A stretch of DNA of 64,000 nucleotides from Camelus ferus (lineage: Eukaryota). Numbering within the stretch: the first letter of the stretch is position 1; each line of letters starts with the position of its first letter. Below, one piece after another: positions 38,066-51,278 of this stretch. The DNA lies in the NCBI RefSeq assembly GCF_009834535.1, contig NC_045696.1, positions 115,818,001-115,882,000 of the forward strand, given 5' to 3'. The notes below the pieces were generated by a model. That model had not been told where the DNA came from and ran no database searches. It saw only the letters and a list, made by a program, of their open reading frames with translations. The position numbers and the translations under genes are program-made.

Positions 38066-40120
38066 AGATGTATGGCATTTTTCACAGAACTAGAACAAAT
38101 AATTCTAAACTTTGTATGGAAATACAGATGACCCTAAATAGCCAAAACAATTTTAAGAAAGACCAAAACAGGAGGTATCACTATCTCTTATTTCAAACTA
38201 TACTACAGAGCTACAGTAATCAAAACAGTATGGTACTGGCATTAAAAACTAACACAAAGATCAATGGAACTGAATAGAGAGCCCAGAAATAAAAACACGC
38301 ACTTAAATGGGCAGTTAATCTACAACAAAGGAAACAAGAATAAATAATAGGGAAAAGACAGCCTCTGCAATAAATGGTATTGGAAAACCTGGACAGCTAG
38401 AACTGAAAGATTCAAACAGGACCACTCTCTCACACTATATGCAAAAATAAACTCAAAATGGGTTAAAGACTTAAATGTAAGACCAAAACCATAAAACTCC
38501 TAGAAGAAAACACAGGCAGCATGCTCTCTGACATCAGAATTAGCAGTATTTTTATAGATATGTCTCCTCGTGCATAGAAAACAAAGGCAAAAATTAACAA
38601 ATGGGACTACAGCAAACCAAAAAGCTTTTGCACAATGAAGGAAACTATCAACAAAGCGAAAGGCCACCTACTGAATAGAAGATATTTGCAAATAATATGT
38701 CTGACAAGGGGTTAATATCCAAAATATGCAAAGAACTCATACAACTCAACACCAAAAGCCTCCTACCAAAAAAAAAAAAAAAAAAGAAAAAAGAAAAAAG
38801 AAATTAAAAAATAGGCAGATGACCTGAATACACATTTTTCCAATGAATACGTACAAATGGCCAACAGGCACATGAAAAGATGCTCAGTATCACTAGTCAT
38901 CAGGGAAATGAAAATCAAAACCACAATGAAACATCACCTCCCACCTGTCAGAATGGCTATTATCAAAAAGACCACAAATAACAAGTGTTGGTGAGGATGT
39001 GGAGAAAGGGGAACCCTTGGGCACCGTTTGTGGGAATGGAAATTGGTGCAACCACTATGTAAAACAGTACAGAGAGCCCTCAAAAAATTAAAACTAGAGC
39101 TACCATATGATCCAGCAATTTCATTTCTGGGAATTTATCTGAAAAAAAAATGAAAACATTAATTCAAAAAGATACATGCACTCCCATGTTCACTGTGGCA
39201 TTATTTACAATAGCCAAGATACGGAAGCAACCTAAGTGTCCATTGCCAGATGGCTGGGTAAAGATGATTTGATATATACAATGGACTAATGCTTAGCCAT
39301 AAAAAAGAATGAAATACTGCCATTTGTGACAACATGGATGGATCTAAAGGATATTAAGGTAAGTGAGACAGAGAAAGATAAATACTATATGATTTCAACT
39401 TACATGTGGAATCTAAAAAACAAAATAAATGAACAAACATAACCAAACAAAAACAGAGTCATAGATACAGAGAACAAACAGGTGGCTGCCAGACGGGAAA
39501 GAGGTGGAGGGAGGAGAGAAATAGATAAGGGAGATTAAAAGGTACAAATTCTCAATTACAAAATGAGTGAATCACAGGTGTGAAATGTACAATGTGGGAA
39601 GTATAGTCAATAACTATGTGATATCTTTGTATAGGGACAGATGACAACTGAACTTATGGTGATCATTTTGAAACATACAGAAATATTGAATCACTATGCT
39701 GTATACCAGGAACTAACATAGTGTTGAAGGTCAATTGTACTTCAAAAATAAACAAACAAGCTCTTCAGAAAAGAGACCAGATTTGTGATTACCAAGGTGG
39801 GAGTGGGTGGAAGAGGAATTAGATGAAGGTAGTCAAAATGTACAAACTTCCAGTTATAAGATAAATAAGTACGAGGGATGTAATGTTCAACATAAAGATA
39901 ACACTGCTGTACGTTATCAATGAAAGTTGTTAAGAGAGTTAATCTTAAGAGTTCTCATCACAAGGGAAAAAAATGTTCATTTCTTTAATGTGTCTATATA
40001 AGATGATGGATGTTCACTAGACCTATTGTGGTCATCATTCCATGATGTGTCTAAGTTAAATCATTATGCGTTACACCTCAAGCTTACACAGTGCTGTATG
40101 TCAACTATACCTCGAAAAAA
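38066..40120 (+). mobile_element. About 2-kb L1 (L1MA9-like): disrupted ORF2 3' part plus a long 3' UTR
   Basis: ORF2 motifs (tactacagagctacagtaatcaaaacagtatggtactggca; aaatcaaaaccacaatga) with many stops and frameshifts. The 3' UTR ends cagtgctgtatgtcaactatacctc. Confidence 0.92.
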
Positions 40121-41454
40121 CGGGGGGGGGGGGAGGTGGAGATGAATTCACTAGAAATATTGCCTTATTCATTTTGCTCTCTCAAAAGGGCATACATAGC
40201 ACTGTGACTGGCACATAGTAGGTGCTCAGTTAAAATCTGTTAATTTGCTGACTTCAAAATCATTTCAGATTTCCTGATTTGGCCACTTAATATCTATTAT
40301 TTCCTGATTGCAGTACAAAAAATCATGAATTAAGATACACCATCCAAATTATTCAACAGATGAATTGCATCTTTATATTAAAAAGGATCTCTATTGGTGG
40401 CCACCTCTTCTACACCATGACTGAGAGATAAACAAGCCTTATGTTTGGACTGTTCCAATGATACTATCATTATATTTTCAATGTATGACTAGAATACAGT
40501 CATGGACATTTCATCAAGTTCAAAAGTTAAGGAAAGACTGGCAGTAATGAGAGGAAAGTAGAGAAAAAATGTTTCCTTTTATGTATTTCCAAAATACATA
40601 TCCTTTTCTGCCTACATGATAAAGCATTTAAAATCTTTCCTCCAGTCATACTCCGAACCTTCCCAAATTGAATCCTTCCAACATCTTACAAATATGGTGT
40701 AAGTATGAATGTGGAAATATATTTTTTAAAAACAACAGATTTTGACACTGTAACTTTCCTGGAGTATATTTACTTTCCCAGGATCAACTTTCTCCTGTTG
40801 TATGGGAGATATAAGGAAAAAGATCTAGCATAAGAGATTCATTTTAATCTTAATTCAGTCAAATGCAGAGAAAGCTTTTCTCCTGACATGGCAAAGTATG
40901 ACATCAACTTTCAAATACGCTTATGAAAAGGGATTGATTCTAGCTCATGAACAAGAGTGCTAATCAAATGAAGTTATTTTGGTTTTGGTTGCGCACATAA
41001 AACATCAGTTCGCCACACATGTGGTTCAAAGGCGAATTGATCAGCTACTGCCTTGCACCTGCCCAGAGTACACTTGACCTTTCAGGGGAAGAATGGTAAC
41101 ATGTTTTCATGTTTCCATTTTATTTGAATTCCTTCTTTCAAATGTGGAATTGCATAGGCTATTACAGTTGTTACATGTAAGCTATAATAAAATTCAAACT
41201 GAGAAAAATAAATACTACCATTTACTTATATGACCACATAGAGTTTTATTCCATTACTTACTTTCTATTCGAGTTCTGTTTAAGTTGGAAGTCATGACCT
41301 ACGTGTATAATGTAAGATTCTCCATGCTGCTAAGACACATGGCACCAGAGAACAAGAACTTTGACAGTCAGTGTTTGTGTAGCTGAATGACCGTGGCCAG
41401 GGTTATTTGGCTTTTCTAAGACTGTACTCCCTCATCATTTCAACCAAGAATTTA

Positions 41455-41830
41455 GGCAATAACTCCCATCTTTCTCTCTTAGGATCCAGTCTAGAGTGAG
41501 TTGATGCATTTCTTCAAACTCTTTAAATCTGTAGACTTCCCTCTAACTCCTTTTTTGTTTCTCCATACAATCTATTTGTCAAATAAACAAGTCCTGTATT
41601 TTGTTGATTGCATTCCCACGATGTTAACGCCCTTTTGTCTTTCTATCTCCTGGCAAATTATAGACGTAGGTTTGACCAAATTCAGATTTAATTTCTTGGC
41701 AAGAATATTGTGGAGGTAGTATCATGTTCTTCTACCTGGGGACACATAATATCTACCTGCTTTTCTTTTTGTGACACTAGCAACTGTTGCTAATCAATGC
41801 TGAGTTCATAATTTCTATAGGGATTTCTAA
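41455..41830 (-). mobile_element. L1MC-like 3' UTR fragment
   Basis: gtttgaccaaattcagatttaatttcttggcaagaatatt...gacacataatatct. Confidence 0.55.
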
Positions 41831-43044
41831 GCTTGTTTCGAATGAACAGTTTCAAAATATATGGTGACACTGTAAGAAGCTATTTGTGTTCAACTTGACA
41901 AACTTTCTCTTTATTAAATAAAAATTGTCAAATTCTATGTACTTCTCAAGATTCTTGGTCAATGGAAACAATCACCAAAAATGAACAGAAACACATGATT
42001 TTGCATGAGTGATTTAAAATGAAAAATAATTCCCAAGTCCACGAGAGGGAGAGAGGCAGATGAGAAAAACCATAGAACATACTCAAAAGGACTTAATTTT
42101 GTTATGGCTTTGGAAAGCACCCTCATCCAATGGTTTTCCATTCCTTAGAAACCAAATAAAAATTAATAAGTAGAAATAAGTCAACCTTCCTGCATACTTT
42201 CCTGAGAAATTCTATTAGCCTTTCCAAGAAAGCCTTGAAAAAAAATTATTTTTTACTGTGCGGCAAATCTGAGTGACAATTTCCACCTTCAACCCTAACA
42301 GGAAGGAAGAAATTTACCAGATGTAGCGACAGTGTTAATGAGAAGACATCTTCCTAGCTAGGCTGCACCTGAAAAATTCCCCAGAGGACAGACTACATGG
42401 AAATGAAGTGATACCCCACCATCATGTTAGCACCAGGGGCAAAGCAGAAGCCTCATTACAAGCTTTCCCATTACAGTGAGAGGGAACTGTATGCCCGCCC
42501 TGGGGAGAGAGGTCGGGTGGGAGCCACAGCCTGAGTAGCTAATTCTGGAGGGGCATGAAGGCTCTGCTGCCATCCTCCAAAACCACGTGCACAGCACGCA
42601 ACTGCATACAGCCCTGCTCTCAGACTATGCCAGTTTGATTTTCAGGCACATAGGGCTTGGGGGCATCAAGAATGGTCCCAGAGGAGCAGTTTCAGCTGGG
42701 GAGAAAAAGGAAGTCTGTATCTGAAGCACAAGGCACTGAAATGAGCAATTAAAAATCAGGTAGGAAGGAAAAACATAGCCAGGTCTCAACAAGGGATTCA
42801 TAGGAAACTGCCAGGAAAATTCTGATAAGAAATAGAGCAGTACCCCAGTTTTGTGTGCCAAAAGTTTATGTGGAAAATGTTTGTAATTCTGAATACATTT
42901 CTTCATAGAAAGATACTGTCATACAATGATGAAGATTTCAGGTAGCCTAGAAATTGGCAATGTTAGAGAGGGTTATTTTCTTTCCCTCCCTCCCTCCCTC
43001 CCACCCCTCCCCCCTCTTCCTTTCATCAAAAATATGAGCTCTTT

Positions 43045-43466
43045 TGGATGGACCTGGAGATTGTCATTCTAAGTGAAGTAAGCCAGAAAGAGAAAGAAAA
43101 ATGCCATATGATATCACTTACATGTGGAATCTTAAAAAATGAGACAAATGAACTTATTTACAAAACAGAAACAGACTCACAGACATAGAAAACAAACTTA
43201 CGGTTACTAAGGGGGAAAGGGAGTAGGAAGAGATAAATTGGGAGTTCAGTATTTGCAGACACTGCCTACTATACATAAAGTAGATAAACAACAAGTTTCT
43301 TCTGTATAGCCCAGGCAACTATATTCAATATCTCATAGTAACCTATAATGAAAAAGAATCTGAAAAGGAATCTATGTATGTATATGTATGACTGAAACGT
43401 GATGCTGTGCACCAGAAATTGACACAACGTTATAAACTGACTAGACGTTGATAAAACTTTTTTTTT
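43045..43466 (+). mobile_element. Lineage-specific L1 3' end with TSD
   Basis: Collinear with 5427-5840. Perfect TSD aaatatgagctc at 43030-43041 and 43467-43478. Confidence 0.93.
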
Positions 43467-44039
43467 AAATATGAGCTCCTACTATGTCACAAGTAAATAT
43501 GCACAAGTAAATATTAACTCCTAGTCATCTAACACTAAGACAACTGGATACCACACAATACCAGGTGTCATCATATTTCCCACCTATACGTCAGTGACAA
43601 TGACCTAGGATACAAATAGTGACATGATGCTACGATGACCAATGGCTGAAAAACCACCCTTAGTAAAATACTTTTTAACAGTCATCTAGAACTGGAAGAG
43701 TTTCTCTAGGAAGGTTTGGTGGCAAAAAGAGAGGCTTAAAGGCTGTAGTCACACACACTGTTTGGTGGCAATGGGGGTCAGCAGAGAGAGCTGTTGAAGG
43801 GCTAAGTAAAACAGTAAATTGCCAACTTTCTGAATCTAAGGCACGAGAGGTAATTTTCTCTTCTTGGTTCCCGAGACTCTGGAAGTGAATGGCCATGAAT
43901 CTTTGATGAAAGCCACTTATGAAGCAACAGACCAACTGACCAAATGAGAAATGTTTGGGTTCCATTTGCTACTGATAACACACTTGCAATTGCAGCTTTG
44001 GGGTGTGATGGTTTTACTCAGGACACAATCACACTCACT

Positions 44040-44355
44040 TGCCAAAACAAGTATTTTGTATACATCTCCTGATATTTATTGTAACATTTTCCAGTTGAGC
44101 AGGGGTAGCTCTTCATCTTCGTCTCCCCTGGAACAATGGCGAACATCAAGCTGACTGATCTTCCAGGGAGGGATTCCTTCACTACCTGATGTCAAGCGTT
44201 CTTCAGGATTTTCACTGTTCACTTCTCTAAACCCAGACTCCTTAACAAGATCTCAGTGACTTTCATTCGATCACTTTTCTATTCACACTTCTCTCAATAG
44301 TCCTTATCATCTCCAACTTTTCATTGCTGGGCTTTTCTGGGTCTCTTAGGCTCAC
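44040..44355 (-). mobile_element. Tigger/pogo-like DNA transposon fossil, internally deleted
   Basis: Hand translation of the minus strand in shifting frames gives PKRPRKA, NEKLEMIRTIERSVNRKVIE, DLVKESGFREVNSENPEERLTS and CYNKYQEMYTKY, resembling Tigger transposase N- and C-terminal segments. The true ends were not located. Confidence 0.55.
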
Positions 44356-45128
44356 ATACTTTCTTCTACAGAATTTCCAGCTGCTCAGAAGATATAATCA
44401 CATGAATACAGGAGAATCACTGTGATGAAGTACCTTACATTTGAACAGCAAGAATACGACATTCAATCCTCTGGGAAAAATAAGATTCCAATGTCTTCTC
44501 CATCCTCTTATCTGGAACTCATACAAATCTTAAATGTTTTTAGTAGTATGTTTGTTATACTAGATTATTGTGTATGTTGTGTAAATTTCCAGTACACTTT
44601 TCTACAAATTATTATATTAAATATCCCAAGAGGGAGAGTTCACATGGAAAGGGATATCTGTTCTTAAAATCAGGCACACAATGTGCCCTTCTTTAGCTTA
44701 CCCTGAAGAGCTTAGAATCTGACTTTTTTTTTTTTTTTTTTTTTAGTTTAGGAAGTCATGACTGTTGCTTCTATGTCACTGCCAAAACCCATCTCTCTCA
44801 CAAAGCAACATAAACCAAAAAATAGGCAGGCTGACATCATTGTGAAAAACTCACATCCAAAACAATAGGCATTCAAACATGGCATTCATGGGAATAAACT
44901 AACCAGTGACTGTAATCCACTAACTAGATATCTCTCCATGACACATGCACTGAGCCTACATTATATTAAACCATGAATTTGAATAATTCTATTTTCCCAG
45001 GCAATGCAGGGAAAATGGAATTACTCTTTGTCACAATTACTGAAAGTTTAAGGATACTTAGTCTATTAAAATAATATATGAAAAATGCTTTTTAAACAGT
45101 AAATGTTTATCTAAATATACAGAGTTGC

Positions 45129-45475
45129 TGTTATGGGCTGAACTGTTATCCCTCCCAAAGTCATATGGGGCCTAACCCCTAGTTCCTCAGAATGTGACTG
45201 TGTTTGAAAATCAGACCATTGAAGGGGTAATTAAGTTAAAATGAGACCATCAGGGTAAGCCCTAATTCAGTCTGACCAGTGTCCTTAAAAGACACCCCAG
45301 GAATGTGCATACACGGACCACTGTGTAAATATTCCACAAGAGGGCAGGTTTAAGACAGACCCAGCCCTGCGAGCACCTTGATCTTGGAGCCCCCCCTAGA
45401 ACTGTGAGAAAATACATTTCTGTTGTTTAAACAACCCAGGCTGCAATATTTGTATGGCCTTGGCAAACTAATGCA
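45129..45475 (+). mobile_element. MaLR solo LTR (MLT1A/B type)
   Basis: tgttatgggctgaactg...ctcagaatgtgactgtgtttg...ctagaactgtgagaaaatacatttctgttgtttaa...caaactaatgca, with TG...CA ends. Confidence 0.85.
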
Positions 45476-46565
45476 ATTGTTGTTGTTGTTGTTATTGTTA
45501 TTATTATTAGCAATTAAAATAGCACCTGAGATTAAGCCCTATGAAGCCAAAACAAAATTTTATTGCCACTATCTATCATAAATCTAACTGTTCCAAAAGG
45601 AGAAAGTCCTCCTGAAAGAGAAAACCTGACACACACGATTTCTTTTATATATAAGGAAAGAGAGGTCATTTCCATGGTAACCAAGCCTCTGACCATATGG
45701 AATTTCATTAACATGCTTGGTAACTAGTAGTTGCCTAACCTTGAAACCTTAATCTCTTAATGGGTCTTTAGATGCCAATGCTAATTCCAACAGATTTCAG
45801 AGCAGGCAATGATTTCTTCAGTGACTCCCATAAAGAGGCCATTGTGGAAGCTGTTTCTAAGGTGATAAGATCACTGTTAAACTTCAGAAGGAGGCCCATG
45901 ATGTTTGAAGCCTGGTCCTTGCTTACTCAGTCACTGAACCATTAATCTCCCAGTCCACAGGCTTTTAAGGGGGCAGGGGGCCTCTGTAACTGGATAATAA
46001 GTAGTGTGTTAAAATAACTGGCAGCTCTTTTTCAAAGACAGAGTGGATAGTAGAAATTGCATTCTCTTCTAGCGTATAACAACAACTTGCAATCATGAAA
46101 GAATGTTTGCTGTGGATGTTGGTGGCACACAGTATGGGGGAACCAGAATAGAGGAGCATGTCTACCTCAGAGTAAAGTCACGAGTGGAGCCTGCTGGGGA
46201 GAGCCCATGCAGAGCTTGGGGTCCACGACTTGTGTTCTAATCCCATGTCCATCTTTCCAACGTGATCAGTTCTGCTCAGAGGCCTGCCTTCTGTGATGGT
46301 CATGGAATTTCAGGGCTCTCCGCATACATAGGACCCTCTTTCCAAGGAGCCTGAACAAAAAGAAAATGTTGTGATATATTTTGTTCTTAATGATACTGTC
46401 AGCTTTTAAAATGCATGATTTGTTCTGATTACTTGATGATTCTAAGTATTCACTTTCCTGTCTAATTGTGTATTTCTAATTTTCTGTGGAACAAGTAAGT
46501 ATCAGCCAAGAAGATATGCAGATCACAACTATTTTACAAATGATGTAATTAAAAAGGTAAAGGTA

Positions 46566-46781
46566 AATTTCCTCTCAACCAGAGGAAATTTTGCCTCCTG
46601 GGGGCTATTTGACATTGTCTGGAGACATTTTTTGTTGTTTGAACAAAGAGGCGTGGCTACCAGTATCTTGCAGGTAGAAGCCAGAGACACTGCGTAACAT
46701 CCTAAAATGGAGAGGACAGCCTTCCACTTTCCAAAAATCATCCCATTCAAAATGTCAGTAGTTCCCAGGCTGAGAAACCTT
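46566..46781 (+). mobile_element. MER20 (hAT-Charlie)
   Basis: tctcaaccagaggaaattttgcctcc...gtctggagacatttttt...aaaatgtcagtag...ggctgagaaacc. Confidence 0.85.
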
Positions 46782-47099
46782 AAAATAAACTGTCCACTCT
46801 GTCAAAACTAAGAGGTGGTAAGCCATGATTTAGAGCCAAGTGTATCTAATTACAAACTTCAAAGCTCACGTTCTTTCCGCCACTCTCTCTGGCTGTAATA
46901 ATTGACCTCTTTTTTATCGGCAGCACCATTATCAGGGTGGATCAAGTTCGTCTCGGTCGTATGGTACATCAGCAGTCATTGCACTTGCCTTCTTCATGTT
47001 TTGTAACGAAAACTAACAGTTGTATATGGAGGATGCTGATATCAAAGGGGAGGCAGACAAGCAGGAGGGTACTCACCCTTTTCCTGGGCTATCTGTCCA

Positions 47100-47910
47100 A
47101 GTTCATGGCACCGTCACGTGCTCAGTTACACAAGCAATACTCCAAAGACATCCTTAACTCTTTCCTTTCCCTCTTCACCCTATTTAATCCATGATTTTAT
47201 GTATTGAAACCCCCCCAAGGTTATTATCTTCTACTCCTGATTTGGCATTCACATTGGCATACCCAGTCTACACCACAGTCAGAATGATCCTTTTCAAATA
47301 CAGATCTGAACATGACACCATCTGAGTTCTGATCCCCACACTAACTGCTTATCCCTCCACATTCCCTGGCTTAAATCACACAATGAGCTCCCACTGGTCT
47401 TAGGGTAATAGCCAAAATCCCCAAGATGGCCAACAAGTTCCTCTTGGTCATACCAGTGACTTTCCTTGCAGAATCTCCTGCCGTCTTTCTCTCTCATCCT
47501 TGACGCTCTAGCCACTGGCTGTCTTAGCTTTTTGACATACACATGTTGCTTCCCACTACGAGGCCTTGCGTTGTGCTTAAAACTCTACTTCTCATTTCTA
47601 CTTATTTTTTTATCTAATGCATTTAAATAAACCACTCACTTCCTTGGGCAGGCCACGCTCTCACATTCTAGGTTTCTGTAACACTAAAAACAATCTCCTT
47701 TGTAAGCTTAGCACAGCTGTCATTTTACATTTACAGGTGCAGTCATTTTTTTTTTAATGTACTTTGCACTACAAGCTTCATGAGGGCAGGTACAGTGTTT
47801 AGTTTACTTTGCTTGAAAAGCCAAGTATACTGAGCGTCTATCCCTAGGTTCTCTTAGAGAACTTGGCACTTAATGAGGTTTCATAAATATTTGTTGAATG
47901 AATGAGTGCA
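47100..47910 (+). mobile_element. L2 3' region
   Basis: cagtcagaatgatccttttcaaatacagatctgaacatg, ctacaagcttcatgagggcagg and the tail ataaatatttgttgaatgaatgag. Confidence 0.8.
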
Positions 47911-49538
47911 CAGATAAGTGCATTAATGCTTGGATTAATGAAGACGACAGTAAAGGGCTAAACAGACTTAGGGCAAGCATAAGCCTTGATGCTCAGTGGA
48001 ACATAAGCCCTGGGGTAGCTGTCATACAGGCTCAATCAGACCCAACAAGATCTTAGGCAACTAAAGATATCTAAGGTGAGACGGTCACTCTGACCAAACA
48101 AACAAAAAAAAAATCAAGAACTAAGAGGTGAACTGTTTTTCTGTGTGAAATGAAGCCTGTGAATATGCACTTTCCTGTAGAGCAGCTACTCATTTTCCCA
48201 GAGCCTAACATTTTATGCCTTAAATGATGATCACTAGTAAAAATAAAAGCGTCTGACATTAGTGAAGATGATTCCACTGATTTCAACTGCATGTGGCAAA
48301 AAAAAAAAAAAGGTACAGCTTTCTCCCAAAGACCCAGAAGTGCAGCTCCAAGGTGACTTCTCACAATCCAGGAGAGGAAACAGGGGTCCTGGCATCAGAG
48401 CCCACATCCTGGGAGACCACACATGCTCAGTGCACTTTGAGATGTATGAAGCCTTGGATTCAAATCTTGTGGAGCCTGACCATCCATTCCAGATAATAAA
48501 ACATGAAAGATCCAAAGAAGGCAACATCATAATGCCTCAAGCATCTTTGCAGAATCTCAGTTCAGATACAGGAACTTGTTCTCTCTCCATGGTATATAAA
48601 GATGTAATGCTGGATTCTAAATTGGAGGCATCAAGAGTCTGTACTTGACTTCAGGGCCTTCGTGTCTTTTTTTTTTATTTTAATTCCAGCAGTACACTCT
48701 TCAAATTGCAGTTTATCTCAACTTAAAATGCCCTTTTTCTAAATCTGCCAAATATGGTCTCTTAAAAATGTTATGTTAAGGATTAAAAAGTGAGCCTCTG
48801 ACATAGATGAATATGGTAATACAAATGAGAGTAAAATGCTTTAGCTATAGCATTCATCTTAAAACAACTATGATTCAACAACCTAAAATTCAACCTTTAC
48901 TCTGGTTTCTGCAGTGACACTTTTCTATTCATGTACCATCATGCTGCCAATGATTGACCATGAAACAGCAAAATTGGGTTGGCTTTGCCCCAACTTGCTC
49001 CAAAATAAACGACTCTAGCATCTGCCAGGACCCAAAAAAGGATAGGTGCCCCCTTGACTGTTCTTGCTTTTAATTCATCTTTCTATAAATAAAGCAGATT
49101 GCCGAGCCCTTTCTAAAACTGAAAGCCAGGCTTAACTGCCTAAGTGACTTGACCTCAGACAGGCACAGACACCCTAGGACAACGAGATGCTGAAATTAGA
49201 GGTGCTGATTGTTTTGCATCACAAATAGACTCATTGTGCATTTTTCAAACAAAAATAACACAAAGTGGTGACCCACTTGACCAGACTGGCACTTCTCTTC
49301 CAGGCAAACAAAAGTCAAATTGAATCTTTTTTCTTAAGTAATAACAGCGATGACAATATAATTGGTACCCAGATGATACTTTTCACAGGAACTGCTCTAA
49401 GTCTCCACATTAAAGACCAGCTCACCATGGAAAATTCCAGATTAGGACTAGACTGGATCTCAGATGGCTCAGTGGAGAACTTCTGAAGTGCTGGAACATT
49501 TCAGTGCTCTTAGTACTTTCCCCATCCCAACCCCTCTT

Positions 49539-50250
49539 TTTTTGTTGTTGATTTTTGGTTTGGTTTGTTTGCTTGTTTGTTTTGGTTGTTGACTCTAATA
49601 AGTGAAGTTTCTATGAACAATTTTATTAAAAGTTTTTTGTGTAGACATAAGGTTTTTTTTTTAATTGAAGAACAGTAGATTTACAATGTTGTGTTAGTTT
49701 CCGGTGCACAGCAAAGTGATTCAGTTATACGTATGTATATATTCTTTTTCATATTCTTTATCATTATAGGCTATTACAAGCTATTGAATATAGTCCCCTG
49801 TGCTAAACAGTAAGAGATTTGGGATTTTCTGTTTGATATACAGCAGTTAGTGTTTGCAGATCCTAGACTCCTAATTTATCCTTCCCCCTTTTTTTCCCCC
49901 TGGTAACCATAAATTTGTTTTCTAGGTCTGTGAATCTGCTTCTGTTAATAAATAAACAGAAACATTGTTTTATATTCCACAGATAACTGATATCATATAA
50001 TGTTTGTTTTTCTCTGACTTATTGTACTTAGTATGATGATCTCTAGGTCCATCCATGTTGCTGAAAATGGCATTATTTTATTCTTTTTTATGGCTGAGTA
50101 GTATTCCATTGTATAAATATACCACATCTTCTTTATCCAGTCATCTGTCAATGGCTATTGTATATAGTGCTGCTATGAACGTTGGGGTGCGTGTATCTTT
50201 TTGAATTAGAGCTGCCTCCAGATATATGCCCAGGAGTGGGACTGCTGGCT
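49539..50250 (-). mobile_element. Lineage-specific L1 3' end with an extra 3' segment and a second tail (probable transduction)
   Basis: L1 body at about 49653-50250, extra segment at about 49590-49652 and a GTTT-rich second tail at 49539-49590. TSD caac[c/t]cctctt at 49528-49538 and 50251-50261. Confidence 0.85.
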
Positions 50251-50419
50251 CAACTCCTCTTGAATAAAGAATTATCAGCTTAAACATAAGTACAGTTAGT
50301 CAGAATGTGAAACAAAGGCAGATAATTGCTGATTGTTGACTTGTGTCTTCAATAAATACTTGAGAGTCTATATGCAAGATGCTGATGAGAGACATAAAAT
50401 GAATGTGACAAGGTCCATT

Positions 50420-50625
50420 CACTTTTAATAATGAGTGCTGTTTGTGTGCTAGACATTGTGTTTTATAAACATTGTCTTATTTAATCCTCACAAGAGCCCT
50501 ATGATATAGACAACATATTATCGCAATTACACAGATGGTGGAATTGAGATTCAAGGATGTCTTTGGATGTCTTTTTGCCAAAGTCATAAAGCCCATAAAT
50601 GTTGAGACAGGATTTACTCCCAACT
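50420..50625 (-). mobile_element. MIR
   Basis: tcttatttaatcctcacaagagccctatga...acagatggtggaattgagattca...tgccaaagtca. Confidence 0.75.
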
Positions 50626-50789
50626 ATGAACTGCTACCTTTCATGAAGTCTAACAGAAAAGAGATCAGCTAACTGGATCATGAAGCAGAATGAAAAACAG
50701 ACTTAATAAATGCTATTTTTAATTTGGAGTGCATTTAAAACTGATGGAGTTGGGTATTGTAACATTTATTTGCTAGTTTGCATTCAGGT

Positions 50790-51278
50790 AGGTATGGTCC
50801 TTCCCTTGCTTTGCATTAGAGAAGGATGACCCTGCAAACTACATTTCCCAGACTCCTTTTCTGCCTGGATTGGGCTAATGGGGAATACTTGCCATTGGAT
50901 GATGGGAGAGAATGTGGAATAAAGATTGAAGCTAGAATATTCCTCACCCTCCCCATTCTTTGAGTGGTGTCTTAGTCTTTTGAACAGTAGGACCTGTGAC
51001 TTCACGATCATCCCAGCTCCCACCAGGTTGGTCTACCATAGTTTCAGCTTCTTCCCAGTGGGTCTAACCCATGGTTGCCTCACCTCCTCCTCCTGTCCCT
51101 CCAGCCCTGGAGCTGATGATGGCTTCTAGCCATGGCTACTTTCTGGTTGCTTTTCCTCTTCCTCTGTGCTTTTTCAGCTTTCCTAACACCTTGTTACTCA
51201 TTCCCCATACTTAACTTCTTCTATTAGATGACCTGGCATAGTGATTTTATTTTTTCTAGCTAGATTCTGATTGATACA
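50790..51278 (+). mobile_element. ERVL solo LTR (LTR16-like)
   Basis: Contains the motif ctgcaaactacatttcccagactcc and ends ctgattgataca. Confidence 0.65.

Noticed and set aside
48262..48648. 128-aa ORF
   Set aside because: It has a GTG start, runs through a poly(A) tract and shows no recognisable homology or splice context.
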